Source: Eledone cirrhosa | Taxonomy: Eukaryota | NCBI GenBank assembly: GCA_964016885.1 | Contig: OZ024749.1 | Location: forward strand, 55,242,001 to 55,306,000 | Direction of reading: 5' to 3' | DNA: 64,000 nt | Part shown: one piece after another, positions 1 to 14,141 of the stretch | How positions within the stretch are numbered: position 1 is the first letter of the stretch | Layout: every line of letters begins with the position of its first letter | The notes under the pieces: model-generated | Databases searched by the model: none | What the model was told of the DNA's origin: nothing | The model's input: the letters and a program-made list of their open reading frames with translations, nothing else | Translations under genes and position numbers: made by a program

Positions 1-110
1 ATACACAGCTAGTAGAGAGAGAGTTTAGAGCATGTACTAAATACACAGCTAGTAGAGAGAGAGTGTAGAGCATGTACTAAATACACAGCTAGTAGAGAGT
101 GTAGAAGACA
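1..110. repeat. ~40-bp minisatellite (about 2.7 units), truncated by the window edge
   Basis: atacacagctagtagagaga...gagcatgtactaa recurs at 1, 41 and 81. Confidence 0.85.
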
Positions 111-249
111 GCGGAATATACTTAACTACACAAACGCTTGCGTAGAAACTCGTACATACATGCACACATACATACTTATACACACACACATAAATACATA
201 CACACAAACATATATATATATATAGACACAATACATATATATATATATA

Positions 250-500
250 CAATATATTAATAAATGGAAACTATATTTATAAAACCATATTTATTTTATT
301 ATACATATTTCAAGGGCCACCAAGGCAAATTATGGTGCGCTTTCATCAGATAAAATGCAGATTTGTTTTATAAATAAATATTGACATACCCGGAAAAAAT
401 ACAACCTTAACGGTTGGAGCTTCCTGGATAGTGGAGATAGTACATTTATTGAGGGTAATACAAAGTTATAAGTGAGTATGCAAATGAGTGTCCGAAAGGA
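250..500 (-). mobile_element. Family A hammerhead-bearing PLE-like non-autonomous element (copy A1)
   Basis: Similar to 1775-1945, 4788-4949, 18691-19038 and 24373-24588; abuts (TA)n; contains an intact hammerhead core. Confidence 0.75.
293..356 (-). ncRNA. Type I hammerhead ribozyme (family A)
   Basis: Minus strand reads attttat-CUGAUGA-aagcgcacca/uaauuugccu/ugguggcccuu-GAAA-uaugua-UA-ataaaat. Stems I and II pair; stem III (AUAUGUAU) is self-complementary with G-U pairs. Confidence 0.85.
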
Positions 501-737
501 CACACACACACATATATATATACACACACACACAACACAGACACACATATATATACACAGACACACATAACATAGACATACATACACACAACTTAGACGC
601 CTATATACACTAATGTGATGTTAAACACACACATATACACAGACAGATATATACACACACACATATAACATAGACATACATACATACACACAACAAATTA
701 AATATAACCTCTGCATATATATATATATATATATATA

Positions 738-818
738 TTGTTATACTTGGGAGGGACATATTGTTGTAATAATATTGCCAGTATTATTACAATAATATGA
801 CCCTCCCCAAGTATAACG
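738..818. repeat. Imperfect ~80-bp palindrome inside (TA)n
   Basis: tgttatacttgggagggacatattgttgtaataata ... tattattacaataatatgaccctccccaagtataac. Confidence 0.75.
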
Positions 819-1177
819 ATATATGTTTCGACACACGATTTCATATCAAAAACCTTGCATATATATACATATATGAAAATTAGAAAATTCTAATTTTCAG
901 TTTCTGCTTGACCGGTAACCGCTCTGTATAATCAGTTCCTGGTTATTACTGAAATTCTATAAGAATCAAACATTCATCATTTTCAGCAAACAAGCGGAGT
1001 AGTTAGCTTTGATAAGCACCAAAAAGTGCGTAACAGGGCTCTGTCAGCTTTATCTCCCCTGTTTGCTGAAAATTGAAGTAAGTGAGACTGTCACTACTCT
1101 AAAACAATAGCGTAAGGTCTTCGAAATTCTTTTAATTAAGCATTCAGTGTATTGCAAAATACACAATATATACATTC

Positions 1178-1250
<73 letters not shown>

Positions 1251-1252
<2 letters not shown>

Positions 1253-1311
1253 GGAACGAGTAGGACCCCGACGGCTGAGCTCAAGCCGTTTCGACGGCTA
1301 ATTCTGGAATC
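1251..1311 (-). mobile_element. Family D element fragment (3' half of a hammerhead), TA-flanked
   Basis: Reverse complement reads ccgtc-GAAA-cggcttgagctcagccg-TC-ggggtcctactcg; matches 19098-19246. Confidence 0.7.
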
Positions 1312-1346
1312 TTTTCCTATATATATATATATTCTGCCTCTTTTCC

Positions 1347-1381
<35 letters not shown>

Positions 1382-1571
1382 TACAGTTTAAGCAAAAAAT
1401 CGCTGCTTTCACCCTGAACGGGATCTTCTTAAACTCTAAATTTTTGTTCTACGGTTTTTATACATATTTATATATATATAATCCTTATCGAGCCCTTTTC
1501 GGATTTTAGTTTCACTTTTTTATTATTACTATATATATATAATATATATATATATATAATATATATATATA

Positions 1572-1604
<33 letters not shown>

Positions 1605-1819
1605 TTCATTGTTAGACATGTGAAATTACCAGGGAAGAACTTTGACAATTATTCCAAACGAATGAAATAGTTCTAGTCCTTTTCTCTATGGCACATACCA
1701 TGTCTCTTCTTTACCTAATGTGTTTACTGCCCTATCTATCCACCTATCTATCTATATCTATCTCTATATATATACAATGATATTAAATAAATGGAAACTA
1801 TATTTATAAAACCATATTT

Positions 1820-1878
1820 ATTCTATTATATATATTTCAAGGGTACCAAAACTTTGGTACGCTTTCATCAGATAAAAT
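1820..1878 (-). ncRNA. Type I hammerhead ribozyme (family A, copy A2; element ~1775-1945)
   Basis: Minus strand reads attttat-CUGAUGA-aagcguaccaaaguuuugguacccuu-GAAA-uauaua-UA-atagaat. Stem II differs from copy A1 but still pairs. Confidence 0.85.
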
Positions 1879-2333
1879 CGAAGTGTGTTTTATAAATTTT
1901 GACATAACCAAAGAAAATACCTTAACGGTTCAAGTTTTCCTTGGATATATATATAATATATACATACATATATATATAGAGAGAGAGAGAGATAGTGTAT
2001 GAAATATATATATATATATACATATATCCATTCATCTATACATACATACATGAAAATATGTGCATTTGTGTGTGTGTGTTATGATTGCTCTTGTCTGTTA
2101 TAGTGATTATACGTTTATTGCCAAGCTGTGTGGTGTGTGCGTGTGTGTCTGTGTGTGTGTGAGGGAGAGAGAGAGACAGAGTGTGTGTGTATGTGTGTAT
2201 GTGTGTATGTGTATGTATGTGTGAGGTAACTTTACACTGAGCATCTATCACGTGACTCACACACGTATTTTCAAAGCCAGCTATCTTATTGCAGTACTTC
2301 TTCAAGAGTAATTAGTTTTACAGACACAACACC

Positions 2334-2750
2334 TTGGTTGTTGTTGTAGTTATTGTTGTTGTTGTTGTTGTTGTGGCTGTTGTTGTTGTTGCTGTTGCTG
2401 TTGCTGCTGTTGTTGTTGTTGTTGCTCCTGCTGCTGTTGTTGTTATTCTTGCTACTGTAGTTTTTACAGAGGTTTTGTTGTTCTTATTGTTGTTGATGCT
2501 GCTGTTTCTCCTTGCTGTTGTGGTTGTTGTTGTTGTAGCTGTTGTTGTTGTTGTGACTGTTGTGGCTGTTGTTGTTATTGCTGTTGTTGTTGTTGCTGTT
2601 GTTGTCGTTGTTACTGTTGTTGCTGTTGCTGTTGTTGCTGTTGTTGTTGTTGTAGCTGTTGTAGCTGTTGTTGATGTTGCTTTTGTTGTTGGTGTTGTTG
2701 TTGTAGCTGTTGTAGCTGTTGTTGATGTTGCTGTTGTTGTTGTTGTAGTC
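2334..2750. repeat. Degenerate (GTT/GCT)n triplet repeat
   Basis: Visible directly; explains the poly-Val ORF. Confidence 0.9.
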
Positions 2751-2909
2751 TCTAATAGCCGTTACATTCCAATACTACGCCACACTTTACCATCCGAAGA
2801 AACGTCTAAAATGTAACACAATGAAACTGGTTTTGTCTGACAAATTGTATTTACAAATGGTAAAGTTTTGGTAAAAACCTGTACAGCTTAACACTTAAAC
2901 ACTGTTTTG

Positions 2910-3170
2910 GGGTAGCAAATCGTGGCATACTGTTACGGCCATTTACATACTGTGTTCAAATCCCATCGAGGTTAGATATGCTTTTCAACCTTACGGTGTC
3001 GATAAAATTATGTACCAGTAAAGCAGATTTAATCGACTTTCCGCTCTCCCCTAAAATTGTTGGCCTTGTGCCTAAATCGGAAACCATTCCCTTTCATTCT
3101 TACGGGGTCGATAAAATAGAGTACCAGTAATGCACTGAGTAATTGCTGGCCAAAAGTAGAAACAATTATT
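2910..3170 (+). mobile_element. Octopod-type tRNA-derived SINE plus a partial second copy
   Basis: B-box gttcaaatccc, ggggtcgataaaata...gtaccagt core and ggccttgtgcc tail, shared with many copies in the window. Confidence 0.75.
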
Positions 3171-3351
3171 TCTTCGCTAACTAAAGATCCTTAGACCTTG
3201 TGAAAGACATTGATTAATGTAGAAGAAGAAGAAGAAGAAGAAGAAGAAGAAGAAGAAGAGGAAGTATGATAAACTAATAATTGAAAAGCAACAGAGGAAA
3301 CTGAAAATATAACGTGTATATATGTGTGTATATATATTTATATGTATGTAC

Positions 3352-3404
<53 letters not shown>

Positions 3405-3821
3405 TACACACATATTTATATGTGTATGTGTATGTATATATTTATATGTATCTATACATACATACATTTATATATGATATTGAAAGAGGTGGCATATATA
3501 TTTTTTATACACCAATTGTTCATATCAAAGTTTTACTAAAGGGAATAGAAATATAAGCATACGAACTAATGATTAATGGTGTGTGACGTTTACACACTCA
3601 AGGGAGAGAAGCCGGACATCAAACTCAATATTTTATGATATATATGTATAAATATGAAACTTTTCTTGTAGACAGAGAGAGGAGGAGAGGAAGAAAGGGT
3701 GACAGGGAGAGAGAGGGGGGAGAGAGAGAGTGAAGGAAAGATTGAGAGAGACAGACAAGTACGTACAAATATATTTATATTACAAGTGTATAGATATTAT
3801 TATAACCTACACCCATATCTA

Positions 3822-3889
<68 letters not shown>

Positions 3890-3961
3890 TGTGTGTGTGT
3901 GTGTATGAATGAATGTGTGTATATATGTAGGTATGACTATGCATATATAATATATAATATA

Positions 3962-4092
3962 TTTCTACCCGTCGAAACGGCTTGAGCTCTGCCGTCGGAG
4001 TCAAACTTTTTCTTATTTCCCACTCTACTACCCTAAGTATTGAGTACTCTGGTGCGTTATGGTCCATCTGGTTCCTTACCACATTTACTTTG

Positions 4093-4093
<1 letters not shown>
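3962..4093 (+). mobile_element. Family D element (5'-truncated hammerhead plus tail), TA-flanked
   Basis: ccgtcGAAAcggc...gccgTC followed by a tail containing ttgagtac; homologous to 8668-8805 and 19098-19246. Confidence 0.75.
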
Positions 4094-4141
<48 letters not shown>

Positions 4142-4225
4142 ACAGTCCTAGACAAGCTAAGATTGATTGTGATGAGTTCTTGGCCGAATTTTACCTTATT
4201 TTACACATCTTTAATATTCATTTAT

Positions 4226-4276
<51 letters not shown>

Positions 4277-4744
4277 CCACTACTACTACTACTACTACTA
4301 CCACTACTACTACTTCTACCACCACTACTACTGCTAAAGGGCAAAGGAGGTGACACCCCAGACACCGCCGCCACTGTTTGGCGGAAAACAATAACATTTC
4401 GTTAGAAGTGGCCCACTTAAGCTGTTACTTAGCCATCTGAGTCATTAGACAATAATGTACACCTCCTTCACACCTCCTCCCACCACCCCGCTTACTTCCG
4501 GTTCGGCTTCATCATCATCACCATCAACACTAGCAACAGCAGCAACACCAGTAGCAACAGCAACAGCAGCAGCGGTAGCATTATCACGAACCCTCATCAG
4601 CATCATCATTGACAGCAGTAAAAGCCACCAGCAACAGGCATATCATACCACCACCACCACCAGCTCCATATTCAGCAATATCATCATCATCATAAACATC
4701 ATCAACATATTCCCCTTCCTCCAACTCCTCCTCCTCCAACTCCC

Positions 4745-4787
<43 letters not shown>

Positions 4788-4790
<3 letters not shown>

Positions 4791-4949
4791 GAGGTTAGAT
4801 TTAATTTGTTGGGATTCAACAAGTTTAAAAAAATTTATAACTGATATAAAGCACTCAACAGTTTGTGGAGTAAATACACAATATATTAATAAATGGAAAC
4901 CATATTTATTTTTTTATACATATTTCAAGGGCCACCAAGGCAAATTATG
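4788..4949 (-). mobile_element. Family A element with full 3' tail, truncated inside hammerhead stem II (copy A3)
   Basis: Homologous to the reverse complement of 18870-19038; abuts (TA)n at 4787. Confidence 0.75.
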
Positions 4950-5481
4950 TGAGCAAGAAGCCAACAGTATCCCATAATATATAAGTGGCTATTACGTCAA
5001 GATGGGAAATATTTAACGTAAGATATGGGAAAATAATTCAAACTCAATTCAAAAAAAGTCAAGACAGAAATTTTATCCACAGATTTTGTGAAATCCAGGG
5101 AAAAAACCAATAGAATCTTAACTCAGAATAAAATTAAGAGTAAATATTTATCCTCCAATTTGGAAAAATCTACAAATGCTCTATATAGTCTTAAAAAGAC
5201 TATTTCACGAAACTTTTCAATGGGGTTAGTCACGGTTGGAATCGTTAATCAGTAGAGTTCAACATGATAACTAAGAATCACAGCTAAAATATGCCAAAAG
5301 GGAATTTAAAAGCAGGCTTGTTACACCTCGTGTGGAATTAAGATAATAAACACACATGGAGAACAGGGCTAGTGACGTCAGAATGAGACGAATGACTGTT
5401 TACAAGAAACATCAGTCAAAACATATATACACACACACACAGAGCTAGAAAGACAGACAGAAAGATAGAGAAAGTGAGATG

Positions 5482-5529
<48 letters not shown>

Positions 5530-5923
5530 CGTATGTCCTTTCGGATAGTTCCGAAATTGCTTGACAATAGATACGAATTCCGAAATATATAGAGAGTAAC
5601 TATATTTTTTTTCCTTCCTTTCGATCATCCTTACCACACTTATACTTACAACTGCGTCTGTCTTGTAGCTGCTTCCAAAAGTACTGGGTGTTCGTATGTA
5701 TATATACATATATATATATAATATACACGTATATAAATGTGTGTGCCTGTGTGTTTTAGTGCGTGTCTGTGTGTATGTGTAAGTACGTAGGTCTGTGTGT
5801 ATATATGTGTATATGTGTGAGGGTGTGTGCTAGTGAAAAGGTCGTACTGACATCGCGGAAATTTGCACATTTAACGATATCCTGATTGTTATCAAATACG
5901 ATATCACATATTTAGCCTAACTC

Positions 5924-5971
<48 letters not shown>

Positions 5972-6444
5972 CCCCTCTCTCTCTCCACCCCTCTCTCTCT
6001 CCCCCTCCCTCTCTCTTTACATCACTCTCTCCCTCCTTCTCTCTTTACATCTCTCTCTCCCTGTCTATCTCCACCCCCCCCTCTCTCTCCCTCTATCCCC
6101 CTCTCTCTCTCCAATGTTTTCTTTTCAGTTTTGCTTCGTTTAATTTTTAGCTTCATTTTTTTTTATATTGTATTTTTTATTTATCTATTTTATCTTTTTT
6201 TTTGTTATATTTTTCATTTTTTATTTTATTTTCTACTTTTTATCGGTTTATCAGAAGATTTCTTAAATTGCTGTTGTTGTTGTTATTATTGTTATTCTGT
6301 TGTTGTTCTTGTTGTGTTGTTGTTATTGTTATTATTGTTGTTGTTGTTATTGTTGTTGTAGCTGATAGTAATTTTGTTTATTGTTTTGTTTCTACGTATT
6401 GCTATGTGCTGAACAAGTATATTTCGATGTGTCTGTTTGTGAAG

Positions 6445-6525
<81 letters not shown>

Positions 6526-7584
6526 AACAATTACTTGTTGGCGTGGAGATATATAATTACAGTATCAGTAGTAAAAATAGTCAGAGATACATAACACATA
6601 AAAACATATTTATCGAATCCACTTCAGCCACCTTGCTGATAGTGCAGTTTAGTGCATTAAGCTGGTAAGCAACTGCAATGTAACGTAGTCTTTTCTGTTG
6701 AGGAAATAAATGAAGGCAAGACAAATACAAAGATAAATGGCAGAAATAAGGAAAAAATAAAGAAAGAAAACAGAAAAAAAGAAAAAAAAAAGGAAAGGGG
6801 CAAGAAAGAAAAATTGAAGACATACAAAATAAAAAAAAAACAATCATCGCAAATAAATTTCTTGAGGAAAAGTGAAAATAAATGCTACTTCAACAAGAAG
6901 TTGCCGCCTTCATTTTGATTAAGTCTGAAAAAGTGCCAAAGAGTAGGAGTGAGGAGGGGGAAAACATGTCGCTTGTATTTTACTTTCCCTTATTCCTCTA
7001 TATCTTTCTTCTATTTACTTTACAATCCTCTTCCTCCTCTCTCTTTTTCTTTCTCTCTCTTTCCCTCTCTCTCTCCCTCTATATATATATATATGCCACC
7101 ACAACCTCTACCACGACCATAACTACAACTACAACCACAACCGCAATGATAGAAAAACCTCATCTTAAAAACTACATAACAACAACAACAACACAAACAG
7201 CAGCCACCACAACAGCAACAATAACAACAATAACAACAACAACAATACAAACAGCAAACATCACAACAACAACAACACAAACAACAGCCACCACAACAGC
7301 AACAACATAAACAGCTACCACAAAACTATATAACAACAATATCAATAACAACAACAACCTGATATCTTATTCCTTAGGCAAGAATCATTAAATTTAATTA
7401 AATTCCCATTTTATTATACATTGTGAGTTTGATCCTGTTTGTTTTTTGTATTTTCTTTTTAGATTTTTGTAAAATATATTTTTCTATTTTATTGGTCGTT
7501 TCTATTTATTTATTATTTTGGCGAGAAGGTTTTATTGTTGTTGTTGTTGATGTTGTTGTTGTTTATTCTTCTATTATTTTAATG

Positions 7585-7740
7585 ATTTCAGTCGTTGACT
7601 GAGGCCATGTTCTGTCATCGCTTCCAAGAGTTTATATCGATCATATCGACACCAATACTTAATTCATCGTTCTCTATTTTTATCGAATCGCTAGGTTACG
7701 GGACATAAAACGTCATAGCATAAGCAACAGCAGGTGTTAA
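7585..7740. mobile_element. Degenerate octopod SINE-like repeat of a second type
   Basis: tttcagtcgttgactgaggccatg...gctaggttacgggacataaaac resembles a common octopus interspersed repeat (recalled, not searched). Confidence 0.4.
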
Positions 7741-7827
7741 ACATGTGTGAAGAACCAAAAGACATGGACGGCCACACAGAAAGGAATATACGAATATATA
7801 TATATATATATTTATGTATGTCTATGA

Positions 7828-7911
<84 letters not shown>

Positions 7912-8000
7912 GGGCAGGTGATTCAAGAACACATACCTTGTCCGTTCCTTTGTCGTTTCTGTTTGGATTGCCTTGGGAACGTAACCTTATTATATAAGAA

Positions 8001-8066
8001 GCTGTCTGATGATGTCACGGCACGGAATCGCGTGGCCACTGTCATCATTGAAATATGTATCACAGC
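8001..8066 (+). ncRNA. Type I hammerhead motif (family K) with poorly paired stem II
   Basis: gctgt-CUGAUGA-(37 nt)-GAAA-uaugua-UC-acagc. Stem I is perfect and stem III matches families A/B; the insert starts at the (TA)n junction at 7911. Confidence 0.7.
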
Positions 8067-8120
8067 ATTACCAACAAAGGACTTTAACATCTGAAACTAC
8101 TTCGCATTTTCTCATTCTCT

Positions 8121-8166
<46 letters not shown>

Positions 8167-8172
<6 letters not shown>

Positions 8173-8194
8173 AAGGGCTTATGCCCGAAACGTC
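8167..8194 (+). ncRNA. Minimal Penelope-type hammerhead core (family L)
   Basis: CUGAGGA-a-gggc uuau gccc-GAAA-CG-UC, followed by ctcctgagcgt...aataaa and then (TA)n. The 5' strand of stem I is replaced by (CT)n. Confidence 0.7.
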
Positions 8195-8320
8195 GTCCCC
8201 CACCTGCCCCCCACTCTCCTGAGCGTGAAATTAATAAACATTTATTGTACTGCCTCTCCGTTTTGTCCCTGTTCAAATTTTTCCATTATATATTTATATA
8301 TATGTATATATATATATATT

Positions 8321-8528
<208 letters not shown>

Positions 8529-8667
8529 TACACGGGGAACACCAGTACCTAAGGTTTCAAAGCCCAATATTGGACCATATCTCCAAAATGTATGAGGAAT
8601 CAAAATTGTGACCTAATCTTCTGGCACTTATGCGACGCTATTAAATATATATATATATATATATATA

Positions 8668-8869
8668 ACGGAGGAGTTGTGGTAAGGAACCAGGTGAACC
8701 ATAACGCACCAGAGTACTCAATACTTAGGGTAGTAGAGTGGGTAATAGGAAAATGTATGACCCCGATTGCAGAGCTCAAACCGTTTCGACGGCTATTTCT
8801 GGACTAAAAAAAAAAAAATAAATAAATAAACGAAACGGTTTGAGCTCTGCCGTCGGGGTCATACATTTT

Positions 8870-8874
<5 letters not shown>
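8668..8874. mobile_element. Family D fold-back element (long minus arm, A-rich spacer, short plus arm)
   Basis: 8745-8788 is an inverted repeat of 8831-8874; (TA)n on both sides. Confidence 0.8.
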
Positions 8875-8941
<67 letters not shown>

Positions 8942-9327
8942 CTAGGGTGTGGTAAAAACCAGTTAGACCATAACCCACCATATGCGTGTGTATCTGTGTA
9001 TATAGCATGCCAATATTTACTATGTAAAGAACGATAGAAAGTTTATAAAGTACGACGTGCCAATTTATATTTTCAATATATTTGTTCTTTCGTGAAAGAA
9101 ATCTTTGTCTTTGAGTGAGGTCATTCGGTACTGACATGAATTATAATATTTAGCTCTTCAAGAAAATGGCCGCTGTGCTGTGGAGACGAGAGGTTTGTTG
9201 GTGGGAAGGAAGTTAAATTCGTTATTCAATACATTCAGCGAAAAATATTTCATTGGGACAATAACAGCACACGATGGTTCGCTGACGCGCCATCTCCTGC
9301 CATACATTCTCTCTCTCTTCCTCTCTC

Positions 9328-9380
<53 letters not shown>

Positions 9381-9539
9381 TTATCCTATATATCGATCTA
9401 TTTATATATGAATCTAGATAGATAGATAGCTATCAATCACTCTCTCTCTCTAAATATATATATATATATTCTTCTTCTTCTTCTTCTTCTTCTTCTTCTT
9501 CTTCTTCTTCTTCTTCTTCTTCTTCTTCTTCTATCTGAT

Positions 9540-10390
9540 GGAAGTTGTGTAATGCAATCAAATGGGTTTTGGAAGATTTCTACTACTTTGCCATTACCAT
9601 TCATATTTGCCAAACTCAGTTGAAATTTTAGCTTCAAATTGGTAAGAATGTCTTGGGTGCTTTCAAACAGAAATGGAGAATTAGCTTAGCTTCTCTGTCG
9701 TATTTTTCACAGCGGGGAAAGTGGCTGAAGTTATTTGTCATTCATTAGCTAAAAGTGAAAAAACCGTTGATTTATATGGAAAAGCTTTCACTACTGAGTA
9801 CGTCACATATATAAGCTCAAACTAAATTGTTTAGATACGTCATTACCGCAGCCAAGAATGTCAATTTTCAGATCCATTCATCGTTTGTAAGTCGTAACTG
9901 AGAACGATTTCCCTCATTCAAAAAACTATCAATCTCCATCCGTAGTTTAAAAAAATCATGCGATAACTTTACCACACCTTCACCGTCTTATAACGGTGTA
10001 ATATAAAGCAAATTTCTATATTCAGCTTCCATTTCTTCTAAAACTGTTCTAAATTGGTGACGATTCTGAGTATGCGATCGAATACAATTCACTGTTGATA
10101 CGATTGCTTCTATCTCATGACAGATCTAAATGTTTTCTGTCAACTGCCTGTTCAAACACTATAGGTTTTGTACATCACATGTTACCATATATTTTCTCAC
10201 ATCAAACATTTTCCTATCATCAGTTGCAATAAACTCGAGTTTTCTACACCAGACTGTACTTGGTTAATGCTTCCTACAACTATTTGACAATATCTAACAG
10301 GAAAAAAAGTGTTAGTGGATGTTTCTAAATCCTTTTTTAGAGTACTTGAGTGTCTGGCAGGTTGAATATACTGGTTGTTGTAACCCAACC
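9540..10390 (-). pseudogene. Decayed hAT (Charlie/GTF2IRD2/SPIN-like) transposase
   Basis: Minus-strand translations AIVSTVNCIRSHTQNRHQFRTVLEEMEAEYRNLLY, KLRMEIDSFLNEG..LTNDEWI*KLTFLAAVMTYLNNL, NNFSHFPRC and IFQNPF match the family pattern VxxVNFIRxxxLNHRQF..EYGDLLY..WLxxLAFLxDI..HFP..FxNPF. Stops and frameshifts are present. Confidence 0.85.
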
Positions 10391-10519
10391 TAAACAGTGG
10401 CGTCTAACTTGTGTGAGGAACGGTGGCCTTAAATGTATTCTATGTGCTCTTTAAATATTGCCTTATTTTATTTAAGTGTTTTTCTCTATATTTGTTTATG
10501 AGTTTTATCATAAGGAGAG

Positions 10520-10670
10520 GGAGTGGCAGAATCGGTAGAGCATCGGACAACATGCTTTAATGCATAGTGTTACGGCCCTTTACGTCCTGAGTTCAAATCC
10601 TGCCGATGTTAGCTTTGCCTTTCATCCTTACGGGGTCGATAAAATAAAGTACCAGTAATGCACTGGGTAT
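10520..10670 (+). mobile_element. Octopod-type tRNA-derived SINE
   Basis: A-box tggcagaatcgg, B-box gagttcaaatcc, ggggtcgataaaataaagtaccagt core. Confidence 0.8.
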
Positions 10671-11257
10671 TTGCTGGACTGTTATTATCGTTGTTATTAT
10701 TTCATTTGCCCGGAGCTTAAAACTTTAATCATCTTCAACATCATTTATATTATCATCATCATCATCATCATCATCGTCATCGCTGACATTATCATCGCAA
10801 TCACCACCATCATCATCATCACCATCATATGGATGTCCAGCTCTGTATGTATGTGTATATGTGTGTATATGTGTTTATGGATGTGTGTGTGAGGGTTGTG
10901 CATGTGTGGATATATAAATATACATACACACATACATACGCACGTACGTATACATGTGTGTGGTAGAGTGTGTGTATATGTGTGTAGATGTATATGTGTG
11001 TCTGTGTGTATATATGTATGTGTGTGGATTTGTGGATATGTGTGTGAATGTATATGTGCGTATGTGTATATGTATGTGCGTAGATATGCGTGTGCATGTG
11101 TGTCTGTATGTATGTGTTGATATGTGTGTGCGTGGATGTTTGTGTGGATATATGTGAGTGGGTGTGCATGAGATAGATGGATAGATAGAGAGAGAGATTG
11201 AGAGATAGATAAGGAGAGAGAGAGTGTGTGTGAGCGAGAGAGCGAGAGAGAGGGAGG

Positions 11258-11319
<62 letters not shown>

Positions 11320-12027
11320 GTATATAATGTTGAAATCAGAAGGGACATGCGTGCCTTCTAATGGTCTTTTGGTGTTCGTTGAAGACAGATTTGCCGTGAC
11401 TACATCCTACACATTAGCAGGGCTTGCTACTTCCTCTTCTCTATCTAAACACAAACACACACACACATACATACACACATACATACACATACACACACGT
11501 ATATATACATACACGCGCACACACGCACACATATATAAATATATATATATATATATACGTCATACACATACAAATACATGTTTGTGTGCCTCTGTATCTA
11601 TCTATCTATATCTACCTATTTCTCTCTCTCTCTCTCTCCATATATATATATATATATATACATACATACATACATACATACATACATACATACATACATA
11701 CATACATACATACACACAACAGTACGTACATGACTACATATTTCTCCGGATGCCCGTATACCAGAACTGGTCTGGAAATCGCCTGGGGATGATCGGGCTT
11801 TAGATAAATGATTACTCTGCACGTTTCTGTTGGTATTTAACAGACGTAAGAAGAGCCAGTTAGGTGGTCTATATCAATGGTGTAGGCAGGAAGCACGCAA
11901 CCTAGTTAGCTACCATTTAACCAACCTCTTACACGTTTCTGGACATGGAGAATGTAACTTGGAAATATTTAGGTATTTTGACAGGCTAAAAATAAACTTT
12001 GTTACGCCAAAGAATGGAACTAGCGTC

Positions 12028-12064
<37 letters not shown>

Positions 12065-12067
12065 ATG

Positions 12068-12479
<412 letters not shown>

Positions 12480-12701
12480 ATGTATATATGTGTGTGTGTG
12501 TGTGTGAGTCTCTATGTGAGTGTGTGAATGTATTTGTCTGTATATATATATATATAAAGTTGTTAAACAATATTCTATGATTATGTCAAAGAATGAGTTT
12601 TACAGTAGATTGGAAGCACTCAACAGAAAAAAATTATTTTCAGGAGTTATTAATATTAAAATATGAGTATTAATAAAATAGATGTTCTTTTGATCAATAA
12701 C

Positions 12702-12754
12702 ATTTTATTATACATATTTCGGATGTACAACAGTACGTCCTCATCAGACAAAAT
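12702..12754 (-). ncRNA. Type I hammerhead ribozyme (B1, minus arm)
   Basis: attttgt-CUGAUGA-ggacguac uguu guacaucc-GAAA-uaugua-UA-ataaaat. Confidence 0.85.
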
Positions 12755-12867
12755 ATAATAATACATGACATACCCTGAGATGTTAAATGGTTAGATTTAA
12801 GATTTAATCAAGGTAGTGATTACATCTTAACCATTTAACATCTCAGGGTATGTCATGTATCATTATA

Positions 12868-12919
12868 ATTTGTCTGATGAGGACGTACTGTTGTACATCC
12901 GAAATATGTATAATAAAAT
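12868..12919 (+). ncRNA. Type I hammerhead ribozyme (B1, plus arm)
   Basis: ctgatga at 12874-12880, gaaa at 12901-12904, predicted cleavage after 12912. Confidence 0.85.
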
Positions 12920-13279
12920 GTAATTGATCAAAAGAACATCTATTTTATTAATACTCATATTTTAATATATATATATATAGTTTTGTGTGTCTGTAAATGT
13001 GTACATTCATACATACGAACATCATACATGCACAAATACATACATAGATACACACACACACAAACACAAACACAAACACACAAACTCACATGACTATATT
13101 CATATGCAAACATTTAAATTTTCCTTGCTAGTTGTTTGTTCTGAAGTTTGATGTGTTTTTTTGTGTGTTTTTTTTTCAAATGTATGTCACCTTCGTCATC
13201 TTTTATGACAGAAAGAAAGCATTATTGTATTTGGGTTGCTCCTTTCAAAAACATAGAATGCACCAAACTTTGCCTCATC

Positions 13280-13675
13280 TAAAACACACCTTATTTTGCC
13301 TCATGTAGAATACAGCAAACTTTGCCCATGTAAAACACACCACATTTTGCCTCATGTAGAATACACCACACTTTACCCCATGTAAAACATACCACACTTT
13401 ACCCCATGTAAAACACATCACATTTTGTCCCATGTAAAACACATCACATTTTGTCCCATGTAAAACACACCACATTTTGCCTCTTATAGAACACACCACA
13501 CTTGCCCCATATACATTACACCACACTTTACCCCAAATAAATACACTACACCTTGTCCCATATATAATACACCACATTTTGCCGCATATATAATACACTA
13601 CATTTTGCCCCATATATAATACACCACACTTTACCTCATATATAATACACCACATTTTGCCCCATGTAAAATACA
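13280..13675. repeat. ~26-bp minisatellite (aaaacacaccacattttgccccatgt-like)
   Basis: Degenerate tandem units visible directly. Confidence 0.85.
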
Positions 13676-13978
13676 CAAGGTGAACTGTGACAAGAGTTTC
13701 TATTTGAAGAATACCAACTGTAGTGAGATGTTAGCTCTTCAATACTGACTCAGGCCACTTCAGTGGTTATTATACACTTGAATTGTCTCATTTGTTAACA
13801 CAATGACTCAACTCGTAATAATTAGTAAATTCCTACCTACAGGCGTATATACACTTACGAGCATACACATACATGCATATACATACGTTCATATATAAGC
13901 ATACACTATGTTCTTGTGTATATGTATATATATATATATATAAACAGATATATATATATATAAACATATACATATATA

Positions 13979-14042
<64 letters not shown>

Positions 14043-14066
14043 TATACATACAAATATATACATATA

Positions 14067-14141
<75 letters not shown>

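Larger units (their letters stand above)
12557..12968. mobile_element. Family B fold-back element with two divergent hammerheads (B1)
   Basis: Inverted arms at ~12653-12794 and ~12828-12968 with a few mismatches; extra tail at 12557-12652; TA flanks. Confidence 0.85.

Noticed and set aside
2334-2816. Poly-Val hydrophobic ORF
   Set aside because: It is a (GTT)n microsatellite with no splice or domain evidence.
9160-9300. YY1-like motifs (aaaatggccgc, cgccatct) as a promoter or start codon
   Set aside because: The ATG frame closes after 16 codons, and short motifs alone are insufficient.
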